Part shown: positions 22,981 to 35,421 of the stretch, in pieces | How positions within the stretch are numbered: position 1 is the first letter of the stretch | How the letters are laid out: every line of letters begins with the position of its first letter | Assembly (NCBI GenBank): GCA_004431415.1 | Contig: QPMI01000033.1 | Coordinates: forward strand, 13,545-77,544 | Direction: 5' to 3' | Length of the DNA: 64,000 nt | From: Cyanophora paradoxa CCMP329 | Lineage: Eukaryota > Plantae > Glaucophyta | Program-made: the position numbers and the translations under genes | The notes under the pieces: model-generated | What the model was told of the DNA's origin: nothing | Seen by the model: only the letters and a program-made list of their open reading frames with translations | Database searches by the model: none

Positions 22981-25170
22981 AAAAGAGCCACTGACTTGCC
23001 GCGCGCGTCAGTTGGGTCCGGGGAAGGGAATTTAATCATGTGAACGGGACTGTTGCACTGCAGTGGCTTGCAATTGGCATTCACAGCGCGCACAAGACTC
23101 GCACAAAATGGGCGGGGGGGCTGCAGTTTGGCAGCCCCGTGCGGGACTGCACTGTCACTGCACGGCCTTGGTCTTCTTTCCGCCCTTGGTGTCCTTGGAC
23201 TTGGCGGCCTTGGGGGCCGCCGGCTTCTTGGTCTTCTTGCCCTTGGAGACGCCGGCGCCCAGGAGGCGCGCGGCCTTGGTGCCGAGGAGGCGGGGCGTAG
23301 CGAGGGCCATGAGGCCCTTCATGCCGGTGGCCTTCTTTGGGGCGGAGGCCGACTTCACGACCGGCGCCTCGGCGGCGTCGAGCTCGGGCGCTGCCCCTCC
23401 TCGTCCGAGGAGACCTCGATGGGGTCGTCCCTGAGGGCAGAGCGGGTAAGGAGAGGGAGGAGGGGTGGGGAAGGGGGGGGGGGGGGGGGGGGGCGTGGGG
23501 GAGGTGGGGCGGGGAAGGAGACGGAGGGGCGGCAGACCCGGTGGCGGAGGCGTTGTCGGACTCGTCCGAGGAGATCACGGTGGCCTTGCGGCCACCCGAG
23601 CGGCGCTTTGGCGTATCCCTGCGGGCTGGGATTGAGGAGCGATGGAGCATCCGGGAGCAAGAAAGAGGGACGCACTCGTCGTCGTCCTCGGGCAGCTGTG
23701 GGGCAGGCAGGGCCGCAATCGGGGCAGGCGGGGCCGGCATCACCAGGCAGGACTTGGTGCCGGACCGCAGAGTGGCCGTGCCGTTCCTGCAGGGACGGCG
23801 GTGGGCACACGAAAGCAAACAGACGCGGGAGAGGGGTGGAAAGTGCCCACCGGAATGCGTCGTAGAGGGCGTCAAGCGCCTGGGTCTTCTCGTCCTTGGC
23901 CGTGATCACGCACTCCCGAGTGTACTGCTGGGGGATGAAGTGGACGTGGCCATCTGGGGGAGAGCTCAGCAAGGGCAGACTGAGGCAGAGCACGGAGAGA
24001 CCCACGAACCCTTAAGGTCCGACTCAAAGGTAGTGTAGACGACCTGAAGCTTGTCGCCGGCCTGGTAGTCGAGCTGGTAAACTTGGCTGCGGCCAGGGGA
24101 CTTCTTGTAGGGATGGAAGGTTGCAGTGCACCTGAGCAGGAGGGGTCAAAACAGCATCGGAGAGGCGGAGGGACCAGCAGAGGGACGCGCCCATCGGCGG
24201 AAGCAACCAGGACGTTGTGGAACGTGTATTGGTTCGAGTGGACGTACTCGCCCGGCAGGCACTCGAGGACGACGACCTCCGTGCCTGCGCGGAGCATGAG
24301 AGCGAGAGGGACGGCGCGGCGCCTGCAGAGGGCGCACTTGCGTTGCGTGGTGTGCCACCACCTTCGCCGGGCCGAAGCGCACGAAGTGGGCAGCGCAGAG
24401 GTCACAGCCCCACACGTCTTTGCTGCCGGTGGCTTTGCTCTTCTGCTGACAGTCCCCGCACTCAGGCCGCTCGCTGAACGCGTGGGCGCCAGCTGCCCGG
24501 GTTTTCACGGCTGCGCTGCTTGCCGCCGGATGTCTACATCGCAGCACATGACTGTAAAGCGCGTCCCTCGTGCAGAAGTGCTGGCCGCAGTGCAGGCACT
24601 TGCCGCCGTACTTCTGCCTAGATCCGCCGCAGCCTGGCTGACTGCAGGGCTTGCTGGCCGCTCGATATCGACTCCGATGGCGATGCCCGGCGGTGGCTTC
24701 GCGCCGCCGCTGCCGCTCGGGCGGCCGGAGCGTGGGAGGCTCATTGCAGCGAGCGCGGGAGATCGTGCGGGTACCGCAAAAAGACTTTCCGCAGGGTAAG
24801 TTCGCACTCTCCAATGCGATTGGCTAGCACGCGCGGCGTCCTCCTACGCGACCGCGCTCGCGCCCGGCCTCGCTCTTGCAGTACGGAATGTCGGGCATAA
24901 TGCAAGCATTGACCTCGAACTGGTCCGGCCCGTATATCTGCTCCATGTGCCTCGCTGGACCCCTTTTTGTCCCGGGTGTTGGTGCCTGTTCCTGGATCAC
25001 CCTTTGGTCGGACGGGACCGGGAGACACGGTTTCGGGGTCCCCTGGGGATGGGCTTTCAAGTTTCAGCGTGTACCGCGCGGCCCGGGTTTTGCGGAGGTC
25101 GGGGAAATGGGATTTGGGGTAGGGTTGGGCCCGAGGGACAGGGACAGGGGAAGTGATTTTCCCTTCCCCA
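22981..25170 (-). mobile_element. Non-autonomous Helitron2/Helentron-type element, 2,190 bp, no target-site duplication
   Basis: Empty site gagatct|agaaat at 16224/16225. On the minus strand: 5' T-GGGGAAGGGAA (25169-25159), which also folds with CTTCCCC; its complement TTCCCTTCCCC at 23030-23020; then the hairpin CCAACTGAC..GTCAGTGG and a terminal TTTT. Confidence 0.8.
23155..24800 (-). CDS. Helitron cargo gene: Zn-finger(s), OB-fold-like beta domain, acidic SIM-like motifs, Lys/Ala-rich tail (spliced; start uncertain)
   Basis: CLHCGQHFCTRDALYSHVLRCRH and CGDC..CDLC; spliced segment EVVVLECLPGEYVHSNQYTFHNVLVASADG|CTATFHPYKKSPGRSQVYQLDYQAGDKLQVVYTTFESDLK|DGHVHFIP; tail KKTKKPAAPKAAKSKDTKGGKKTKAVQ*. 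Confidence 0.6.
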
Positions 25171-25514
25171 AGAAATACGCAAACCATTCAAGGATGAAAG
25201 CTTCGAATTCAATTGCAAGGCTTCAAAGGCGTAGTTGGAGCTAGAGATGAAAGTCGAGGTTCAAAGCTTGCAATTGAGAGGCGCTCGCGATCGCGATTGA
25301 ATTGATTATTGGCAGAAGAAGTACTAGTACAGCGTTGAGGTGCTCAAAACGCGTTGAAATGGAGAAGACGCGTTTATCTACAAGAAAAGAAACTGCTCTG
25401 AAAAGAAAGGAATTTACAAGAAAGAAAGGCATGGGAGCGACGGAAATCAGAAAACCAGAGGCCAGGCCAAGGCGAAATAAAACCAGATGAGAGCAATGAG
25501 GGCGGCGGGGGGGC

Positions 25515-28500
25515 TTACAGGACCTCGACGCGAAGTTCGGAGGCGTCGGAGGCGGCGGCGGCGGTGGGGAGCAACTCAGGCGGGGCGCTCGAGCGGCGCC
25601 CCGCCCGCCGCTCCCGCCCGCCCCGGCCGGCCCCGCACCGGCGCCGGGCCCACGGCAGCGTTCCCCGGCCATGACCGGATCGGAGGAGAGGCGACGCGGG
25701 GGGTCCGGCGAATGCGGCGGCCCCGGCGGCGGCGCTGCCGGCGCGGGGCTACCAGGGACAAGAGGGCTGCTCTTGCCGCTGCAGGGCCCGCTCGCAGCGC
25801 CGGCGGGGCCGGCGGCCGGCCCTGCGTTGCCGCCGCCGCACTTGGCGAGCATGGCGAGGATGCCGGCGCGCGTCTGGGCGGGGTCGGGGCGTGTGAGCGG
25901 GCGGGCCGGAGGGTGCGGGGCGGGACGGGGCGGGGCGGGGCGCTACGACGGGCTTGACGAGGAGCTCCTGCATGCCGGCCTCCAGCACGTTCGCGTGGTC
26001 TGCCGCCCGCCCCTCAGCCCCGCACGCGGGTGTCGGCGCGGCGTCCGGCGCGCCCTGAGAGGAGGAGAGGGCGGTGCAGGCGACGATGAAGGTGCGGGGC
26101 GCCGCGCCGGGGCGCCCCCGCTCGAGCTCCCGGATGCGCCGCGTCGCCCCGATCCCGTCCAGCCGCGGCATCGACACTGCGCCGGCGTCAGGCGGCAGGC
26201 TCCGGGCGGGCGCACGGCCCCGCACCGTCCATGAAGACGATGTCGAAGGGGGCGGCGGCAGGCGCCCCCGGGGGTCCGGGGGCGGCGAGGCGGCGGGCGA
26301 AGACCTCCACCGCCTCCTCCCCGTCCTCCGCCACCTGCACCTGCGCCCGCCGCCCGCCCAGCGTCAAGCCCCCGGCGCCCCCTGAGGGCGCTCGCCGGGG
26401 CGGGTGGCCCCCCAGAGGAGAGCGCGGGGCGCACGCGGTGGCCCTCCCGCGCGAGGAGCGCCTTCAGCACGCGCCGGTTCATCGCTGCGGGGGGCGGCGG
26501 GGGCGGCGTGGGCGGCGTGGGCGGCGGGGGCGGCGGGGGCGGGCGGGGCGGGGACACCGTTGTCGTCGACGACGAGGACCTCGAGGGGCGGGGGCGCGCC
26601 CCCGGCCCCGCCTCCTCCCGCTCCAGCGAGGCCCGCGCCGCCGGCGAGGCCGGCCCCAGCGCCCCCGCGCCCCGATCCCCGCCCCGATGCCGGCCCCCGC
26701 GCACTCGCCGGCCGAGCAGACGGAGAGGAAGCGCTCGCGGTCGCCCGCGTCGCTCATCGAGGGCGGCGGGGTGAGCGACGGCGCCCACCGCTCGCCCCGC
26801 TCCGCCGCCCGCCGCCCCGCCCCGCCAGCCGGCGGGGCGGCCGCTTCTGCGAGCAACGCAGTCGCGAGGGGCCCAGAAAGCGCCTCCGGCGGAGCCACCG
26901 AGGGCGCACCTTCGACGGCGGCCGGGGGGAGCTCGATCGGGGGCGGGCCCGGGGCGGCGTTGAGGGGCGGGGGCCGCCCGTCGGGTCCGCGCGAGGGCGG
27001 CGAGCACTGCGAGTCGGAGCGGACGCGCCGCAGAGTCGGCATGAAGAGCACCCGCGTCGAGGCCGCCGCGAGGGGCGTCGAGCGCGGCCGCAGGAGCGCC
27101 GAGGGGGAGGGCGACGGCGAGCGCTCCGGGCCCGAGCGCGGGGCGGCTCCCGTGAGGGCCTCAATCTGCGGCGCAGCCCGGCCCCGTAAGCTCGACCTCA
27201 CGGCCGCGGAGGAGCGTTCCTCCGCAAAGAGCGCGGTGCCGACCGTCTCGAGGAGAACGCTCTTCCGGATGGGTTTCGTGAGCTGCCCCGCCCCCCGGCG
27301 AGGGCGCGGTCAGGCGCGGGAGAGGGCGGGGGCGCGCGCCGGGGCGCGTGCGCACCCACTTGTCCATGCCGGCGCTGAGGCAGGCGGCGCCGTCCTCCGT
27401 GCTGGCGCCCCGGTGAGGGAGGCACGATGCGAGGGCAGGGCGGGTGCGATGCGGCGGCGGGCGCTCCTCTCTGGCGGCGTGCGCGGGCGGCGGACCTGGC
27501 GTGGCCGGTGAGGGCGACAATGAAGTGGCGGCGCCAGCCGCGCGCCCGCTCCAGCGCCCGGATCCGCCGCGTCGCCTCGAAGCCTGCGCCCCGCCCCGCC
27601 CCGGTCCCCGCCGGCGCCCCGCGCGGGAGCACGGGCGCCGCGCGGCAAGGCGTCGCGGACCGTCCCTGCGCGCTCGAAGTTTAGGCGCCGGCGGGTGGGC
27701 GGTGCGCGTCGGCGGGCGGGAGCACACATGACGGGCATGGAGCACTGCCGGCGACGAGGCGGGCGGGGCGGGGCCATCAGGGGCGGGCGGGGGCGGCGTG
27801 GGGCGGGGCGGGGCGGCGGGGCGGCGGGCGCGGGGGCGCACGTCCATGAAGACGAGGTGGAAGCAGTCGGGCGCCGCCGCCGCCTCGAAGGCCTCCACCG
27901 CCTGCCCGCCCCGCCCGCCCGCCTCCTCAGTCGGGCGGGGGCGGGGGCGGGGGCGGGGCGGGGCGGGGCGGGGGCGGGGCGGGGCGCGCCTCGCGGCCGT
28001 TGCGGGCCTCGGTCACGCGGTGGCCCACCTTCTCGAGCATCGTGCGCAGCACGCGCAGGTTCCTGCCACCGCCCTCCAGCCCCCGCGCGGTGCGGGGTGG
28101 GCGGGGGGCGGGGCGGGCGCACATGGCGTGGTCCTCCACGACGAGGATCGAGAGGGCGGCGGCCGCGGCGGGGCCGGGGGCGGGGCGGGCGACCCCCGGG
28201 CCCCCGCGGGGAGGCCCGGGGCTGGAGGGGGCCGAGAGGGGCGTGCGCGCCGTCTCCGTGCAGCCCCCAGCTGCGCCCTTGCTCGAGCGCGCCGAGGGTC
28301 GCGACCAGTGCGCGCGCCGCCGCCGCACCTTCGGAGGCAGGGCGGAGGAGGACGGAGGAGGCGGGGGCGGGGGGCGCGGGGGTGGGATGGCGCTCGGGGG
28401 TTGCGGGGAGGACGGCGAGGAGCGAGGCGGGCGGGGCGGCGAGGAGGGCGTCGGGGCGGGCCCCGCCGGCCTCGAAGTCGGCTCGGACGGCGAGGGTCGC

Positions 28501-31500
28501 GGGGCTCAGCGGGGCCCCCCCGGGGAGCGCCGCCCGCAGCGGCACCGTGAAGTAGAACGTGCTGCCGCGCCCCACCTGGCCAGCCCCGGCGGCCTTGTGA
28601 GGCGCGCCCGCTTCGCCCCGAGGGCGCCGCGCACCTCGCTCGCGCAGCCGATCTCCCCGCCCATCTTCGTCACGATCTCGCGGCTGATGGCGAGGCCGAG
28701 ACCTGCCGCCCCCGCTCGCGCCGGCCCTGGGGCGGGGGCGTCGGGTGGCGTGGCACCGGTGCCGCCGGGGTCGGCGCCGCGGGCGGGGTCGTGCTGCACG
28801 CGGTAGAAGCGCGTGAAGAGCTGCTGGCGCGCCTCCAGCGCGATCCCCGGCCCTGCCCGCGCCGCCCCTCGGCGCTCGGCGCTGCAGGGCGCAGGGAGCG
28901 CGGGGGCGGGCGGGGCACCGGAGTCGAGGACGGCGAACTTGAGGAAGCGCTGCGGGGCGCCGGGCTCCTCCACGCTCAGCTCCACGCCGGGGGGCCCGTG
29001 GTGCGAGGCCCCGGGGAGGTGGCGGCCGAGGGCCGGGGGCGGCGGCGGCGAGGGCGGCGGCGCCGTGGACCGAGGCGTCCACGACGACGGCGTCGGCCGC
29101 CTCCGCCTCCACCGTCACCCGCACCTGCGCGCGCCTCGCTTGGGCGGCGCCGGCCGGCCGGCCGGCCGGCGGGCGGGCGGGGCCGGGGGCGCGCCTCGAC
29201 GGAGCCCCGCAGCGTGTACTTGACCGCGCTGCCGCCACCGGCTTCAGAGGCGCGGGGAGGCGAGGGGCGGGGGCCCACTTGGAAACGAGGTTGAGGAGGC
29301 ACTGGCGCGTGCGGTCGGCGTCCCCGACGACGACCTGCGGGGCAGCGCGCGGGGCGCTCACGGGCGCCCCCGCCGGCGGCTGCGAGCGGGGGCGGGGCGG
29401 ACGGCGGGGACGTCGTCGGCGATGACGGCGGCGAGGAGGAGGCCCTTGGCGGACGCCCGCGGCGCCACGATCCGCACCGACGCCTCCACCTGCCGCCCCG
29501 CGCCCCGCCCCTCAGCGCCCCGCCGCGCCCGGGAGAGCGAGGGCGAGGCGGGCACGATCTCGGCGACGCGCATGGGCCCCGACTGGAGCTCGATGAGGCC
29601 GGCCTCGATCTTCTGCAGGTCCAGCACGTCGTTCACGATCGAGAGGAGGTGCTCTGCGGCGCGCGATCGCGAGGTGATCCACGAGGCGCGAGGGCGCTCC
29701 CCCGCGATCCCTCGACCCCCCGCACCGCCCGAGAGGCTCGCCGCCTCGACGAATTCGGCCGCCTCCGCCGGCAGCGTGCAGTCGCGCGCCAGCTGCAGCA
29801 TCCCCAGGATCCCGTTGAGCGGCTGCACCAGCCGGGGCGATTTGCGACTCGTAGTCATTGGAGGTGCTGGCAGCAGGACGTGGGGCGCGAGCGGGCGCAC
29901 CGTGCGCATCTCGTGGGACATGGTCGAGATGAACTTGCGCGTCTCGTCGGCGCGCACCTCCATCTCGAGCTTCGTCTTGCGCTCCGCGAGGAGCGAACGC
30001 ATGAGCGCGAGCTCCGTGGCGCTCATCTGAGGCGCCGCGTCGCGACGAGGGCGCGGGGCGGGGCGGGGCGGGGCGGGGCACCTCGCGGAAGGCGGCGAAG
30101 CCGGAGCGCATGGCGCGGACGGCCTCCTCGAAGGCCTCGAGCTCCCGCAGGCCGCTCCCCAGCGCCACCGACTGCCGCGCCCGCGCCCGCGCCCCGCCCC
30201 CGCCGCCCCCGGCCCTCCTCCCGCTCCCCTTCCAGTTCCGTGGGCGGGCAGGAGGAGGGGGAACCCCACGCGAGGTCGCCCCATGAGGCCGGCGCCGCCG
30301 CCACGCGCGCCTCCCGCCGCAGCGCCCGCCGCGCCCGCCCGCACAGCCGCCCCAGCAGCGCCCCCGGCGCCCCCGCGCCGTCCGGCGCCCCAGCGGCTTC
30401 TGCGGCTGCTGCTCCGGAGGGGCTGCGGAGGGAGCGGGCGGTGGCTGCCCCGGGGGGCCGGCAGCCTGGGGCGGCTCGCCGAGCTCGAGCTCGCGGGCGA
30501 CGGCGGTCATCGTCTGCGCGAGCTGCACCATCGAGCGCCGCAGCGCCACCAGCGGCCGCGTGATCCGCACCCCCAGCGCCGCCGCCACGCACACGGAGAG
30601 CACCAGCCTGCCGCCGGGCCGGTGAGGGGGCGGGAGGGCGGGGCGGGGCGGGGCGGGGCGGGCGGGGCGGGGCGGGGCGGGCCAGAGGGAGTTGACGACG
30701 AGGTTGACAACGGTGGAGGCGTTGATCCCCGCCAGCAGCGTCCCCCGCGGCGCCGCAAGATACCTGCCCCGCCCCGCCCGCCCCGCCCTCAGCCCCACCC
30801 GCCCCCGCGCCGGGGGTGTGCGCGCACAGCTCCCACTCGAGGTTCGGGCGGCGGGCGACGGGGCGGCGGGCGAGGTAGTACGTGGCGCCCTGCGGGGGAG
30901 GCTCGTGCGGGGCGGGCGCGGGGCTCGTGCGGGGCGGGTCTGCGGCCGGCGCGGACCTCGACGTCGGCGCTCGCAAGGCGGCCCTCGGGGCCCGCCGCCG
31001 CCCGCTGCGCCTCCTGCGCCACGTCAGGGCGCGGGGAGTCGAGGGGGCGCCTGGGCCTGCCTGGGCGATGAGGGAGCGGATGAGGGCGCCCCGGGCCTCC
31101 CCCGCCCCCGCGACCCTGCGGGGCGGCCCTCGGACGAGCGCAGCGGCGGGGGGCGCACGGCAGAGGGAGGGGAGGGCACCCGCCGGGGGCGGCGGGGGCG
31201 GAGGAGGAGGCGATGAGCTGGCCGGCGGAGGAGACGAGGAACGCGAGCGAATCGGGCGTCGGGAGCGCCGCCCGCAGCTGCGCAGAGAGCGCCCCCGTAT
31301 CCATCGCCGCCTGCAGAGCCGCGGCGACGTCGGGCCCCGCCCCCGCGCCTCCCCGCGGGGCCGGCGCACGGCGATCAGGGCGATGGTGGAGCCAAGGGGG
31401 TCGCCTGCCGGCCGCCGCGCCCCCGCCGCGGCCTCCGCCGCGGCATACCTGCCTCCGATTCAGCGCGGGGAGCGTGGGGAAAGGCGCGGCGAGGAGGATC

Positions 31501-33244
31501 CCCGCACCGCTCGCCCAGCGGCGCGGGGAGGCCGGCGGGGCGCGCCCCCGCGAGCCCCGCCTGCGCGACCGCGCGGGTGGCGTACCTGCGCCGGCTGCGT
31601 CGCGGGGCCGCGACGTGTGCCGACGGGCGGGGGTGCGCGTGCACGCACACGACGGCCGCGCGGCCGGCGGCGGCGGTCGCCTTCGGCGGGAGTGAGCGGC
31701 GGCGGGCCGTGGGCGAGGGGCGGCGGGGGCGCACGTTGGGGCGCCGCGCCGGCTGAAGGACGACGTCGGTGAACAGGGCGCTCTCGGGTCCCACAAGAAG
31801 GGCCTCCAGCTCCGCTACCCCGGCGCTCGCCACGCCCACGAACTGCCGCCCCGCTACCCCTCGAAGAGTGCCCGGAGCGGCGGGGCGGGGCGGGCGGCGG
31901 GCCTGCGCTTCCAGCGGCTGGCCGCGTGCGTCGGCCGCGTAGGCGCTCAGGGCTGTCGCTGCCGGCGGCATCAGGGCCGAGGGCGGGGCGGCGGGCGGGC
32001 GGGGCGCCAATGGAGAAGAAAGAGGGGAAGGCGGTCGGGGAGGCGCCGGCCGCCGCCTCGTCCGCCCCGCAGCGCTGCGCGAGGGCTCGGGCCGCGGCCC
32101 GTGGCGCCCGGGCGCCCGACGCGGTGGGGCGGCACCTCGACGCCCAGCGCGGTGCGCTCGGGGAAGAGGGCGAGGGTCTCGAAGTGGGGCCCCGCCCCGC
32201 CGCCCGCCCCGACCCCCGACACTTCCTCGACGCCCACGTGCCGCAGGCTCCGCCCGCCCACACCGGGGCCCGGCCCGGAGCCCCTTCCGGCGGCGAAACT
32301 CCCGTTGAGAGCGGCCATGAAGCTCTGGTCGCGCTCACGAGGGGGAAGGGAAGGGGGATGGGCAGGCGGGGCAGGGCGCACGGCGAGGGTCGTGCGCCAG
32401 TCGTCCTTGGTGAGGAGTGCCTGCGGGGGGCGGACGTCAGAAGCCGGCGCGGGGGCGGCCGGGGGGCCTCGGAGGGGGCGCACCAGCTCGAACGCCCCGC
32501 GCTGCGCCTCAGCCGCCTCCACCAGCCGCTCGAGCTGCCGCTGCGCCGCCCTCCGTTGGCCGCGCCGGTGAGGGGGGAGGGGGGGGGGGGGGGGGGGGGG
32601 GGGGGAGGGGGAGGTGCGAGGGGGATGGTGGGGAGAGAGAACGCGAGGGTTGGGGGTGGGAGGGGAGGGGTGTGTGTTTTCTTTTGGGGGGGGGGGGGGG
32701 GGGGGGTGCGCACGTGGAGGGTCTCGGCGGTGTGGGCGTGCGCCTCGGCGACGAGGAGGCGGGCGACGCTCTCCAGCGAGCGCGCCGAGAAGAGGTACGT
32801 TATCGCCCACGTGAAGGCCACCGCCCCGCCCACCCCCAGCACCGAAGAGATCACCTGCGCCGGATCAGCAAGCCGCCGGCCGCGCGGCGGAGGGCCCCGG
32901 AGCGGAACCATGAGGGAGCGGATGGAGAAGAAGAGGGCAGCAGCCCGCCGGCCCTTCGCCTCCCCCGCCCGCAGTTTCCATCGCGGCTCGCCGTCGCGCA
33001 CGTCAGAGAGCCGCCGGCTGGCGCTCGGCCCCGGCCGGTATGCTTCCGCGCGACCGCCGGGCCACCAGGCGGCGCGGCTGACGTCAGACGCGTTACTGAC
33101 TCGTCGCACTCCCTTATCCCAAATTGGCCGCGACGTCTCGCCGCCGGCCGCACACGCGTTCATTTCCTGCAGCTGGCTGGCGCTGGCCATGGCGCTGGCG
33201 CTGCGGCCGCGGCCGCATGTCATCGTTTCCAACTCCCGATCCAT
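25515..33244 (-). CDS. Membrane-bound hybrid histidine kinase: TM-extracellular sensor (Cache-like?)-TM-HAMP-HisKA-HATPase-REC-REC, multi-exon
   Basis: TM1 VISSVLGVGGAVAFTWAITYLF; TM2/HAMP LVLSVCVAAALGVRITRPLVALRRSM; H-box FISTMSHEMRTPLNGILGML; NLVSNAVKYT; GLGLAISREIVTKMGG; two REC domains (ILVVEDH..VFMD..LTKP and VLVVDDN..IVFMDVSMPRLDG..LVKP). Confidence 0.9.
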
Positions 33245-33892
33245 GCTTGCCGCCTGGTCGTGCGCAGGTGCGGTCTTCAGCGCTTTCGCCGACCGCAGTC
33301 GACGTCAGATCAATGCACATGCGCGAAGCTCGAAGCTGCCTGCCAGGCTGCGCAGGGCTGCCGTCGGCTGGTTGACGTTGCGGCCGCTGGCCGCGGCCGA
33401 ACGATGCAGGCCCACCAGCAGCTGCGAGGTAATGCGAACGACGCCGCGCGCGGCTGTCCGCTTAGCGCAACGGATTTTCGTGCGCAGTTCGCAATCCGCA
33501 TATATACCAGGTCGGAGCAGCTTCTACGCTATTAACGCTAACTTGCGATTGCTTCCGACGCGTACGGTCGCGGCGGTGCGGCTGATGGCGGTCGGTCGCG
33601 ACGCCTGTTGGCGCGAGTATGCGTACTAATTTCGAATTCATGATATCGATATCGCATGCTGACGATCCAACGGTTAATTGCTGCGTGCATGTGTGACGAT
33701 GTGTCACGGGCGCGGCTCAGCTTGCGAGGTTCGAGCGACGGTTGCGCTTGCGCGGCTAGTTGCGCCTCTTTGCAGGGGCACCCCTGACCTTCCGGCATAC
33801 TTCGTTCGCCATCTTGCATCGTCGAGGCCATTTGTACCCCTCCCGGCGAACGGGTTCAACGGGCGAACCGGGCCAGCCATGCGCATTCAGCT

Positions 33893-35421
33893 ATGGCCGC
33901 CTGGATCGACCTTCCAGACGCGATTCTTGGGGCTATTTTCGCGGCGCTGGGGCAGGGCGCCGATGCGGCCAACCTCGCGCTGTGCTGCAAGCGCAATGCC
34001 GACGTGTGGAGGAGCGCGATGTGGGATGAGGTCTCTATCGACTGCTCGCGCGGCTCTAGCCTGCGGTCGTACAAGCGCTACCTCGGAACATCTTCAGGCG
34101 GCTGCCCGCGCTCGCTTCACCTCGCAGTGCCGTGGCTCGTGGCGAACGACTTCCGCTGGAGTGAGCTTTCGCGGGTCGGGCATGCCGTGTGCTCCGCCGC
34201 GCAGCGCGCCGGGAGCCGCGGACCGGAGGAGATACGCGTCCGCCTGAAACACCTCAACCCTTTCTCAGCGTTCTTGTCGAGGAGGGTGTCCGCGCTGCTC
34301 GCCTTGCTGGCATCGCAGGGCGGTTTAAGGAGGCTCGTCCTCCGCGCGCCGGAGGGCCCGGGGGCGGAACCCGCACTGGCCACGGTCTTCGCCTCGGGGC
34401 TCGTGGACCGCGCCGCCCCCGGAAGCCTTGCCGAGCTGGAGGATCTGGACACCGCAGGGGCCTTCTGGTTTGACGCGGACTCCGCGGGAATCGTAGGGGC
34501 GGCGGCCCCCGCGCTCGTCTCCCTGCGCGCGTCCGCGGGGCCCTGGGGGGGCGGGGCGGAGCTCCCCGGCCGCCCCGGCGTGCGCGTCTACCCCGACGAC
34601 CTCCTCGGGGCCTTCGCGGGGCGCGAGCTCCGCGCGCTCTGGACGTCCCCGTCCTCGGCGCGCGACGGCCGCGCCCTCGTGCGCCTCGGGGCAGGCCTCG
34701 CCGAGGTGGCGGTGGCGGGCGGCCCCTGGGCCAGGAGCCTGGGGGCCTCGGGGCGGGGCTGTGCGCGGACGCTGGGGCGCTGGGGGCCATCGGGCGGCTC
34801 GAGGGCCTGGAGGAGCTCGACGTGGCGGTGCGCCCCGAGGACGCCGCCGCCCTCGCCGCCCTCGCCCCGCGCCTCCCGCGCCTCCGCTCCCTCGCCCTCT
34901 ACGACCTCGGGCCCGCCGCCGCCCCCGCCGCGGCCCAGCCCCCGGGCGCCCTCCTGCGCGCCCTCGCCGCCCTCGCCGGGTCGGGGGCCCGCCCCCGGGG
35001 CCTCGAGTCGCTGCGGGCGGCCGTCCCCAACGCGTCGTGGGACGGGGCGGCCGCCGCGGAGCTCCTGCGCAGCCGCGGGGCGGCGGCGCTCGAGCTCCGC
35101 CTCGAGCACCGCGGGGAGGCCGTCCACCGGCTCGTCCCCGAGCTCGCCGGCGCCCTCGCCGAGGCGGCCGCCGGCCCCGCCCCGAGGCTCGCCGCCGCCT
35201 CCCTCGCCCTCCTCGCCGCCTCCCAGGACGACGCGCGCGCCCTCGAGTCGCTCGCCGCGGCTCTGCGCGAGCTCGAGGCGCCCCGCCCGCCCGCGCCCGC
35301 CGCCCGCCGCCCCGCCCTCGACATCCTCGTCCGCGCCGCGGACCCGGAGCTCGCCCCCTCGCTCTGCCTGATCGTCTGGCCCAACTGGGTTCGCATACGC
35401 CTCTCGAGCCCCGAACCCTGA
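33893..35421 (+). CDS. F-box/LRR-like protein, apparently intronless, with a probable 1-nt frameshift near 34740-34800
   Basis: N-terminal F-box WIDLPDAILGAIFAAL..LALCCKR; LxxLxL repeats (LRRLVL, LPRLRSLALYDL) continue in the 34822-35421 frame. Confidence 0.7.

Larger units (their letters stand above)
21874..30429. repeat. Tandem segmental duplication, copy 2 (contains an orphan SEY1 3' fragment ending at 22228 and the 2.19-kb insertion)
   Basis: Direct sequence identity to 15125-21369; duplicated ORFs appear in the track (e.g. 15205/21950, 16356/25302, 17798/26754). Confidence 0.95.

Noticed and set aside
23155-23358. Stand-alone histone H1 gene
   Set aside because: Only a Lys/Ala-rich tail with no winged-helix globular domain; it reads as the end of the cargo gene.
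22981-25170. Fanzor/TnpB nuclease or Rep-helicase inside the Helitron2-like element
   Set aside because: I could find no RuvC D-E-D motifs, no HUH/Y2 motifs and no PIF1 helicase motifs in any frame.
2352-33629. Numerous long Arg/Pro/Gly/Ala-rich ORFs in the track (e.g. 2352-4184, 8908-10593, 17526-19925, 27310-29361, 31926-33629)
   Set aside because: They are stop-poor shadow or intron read-through frames caused by extreme GC content; the real genes are spliced and were identified by motifs.
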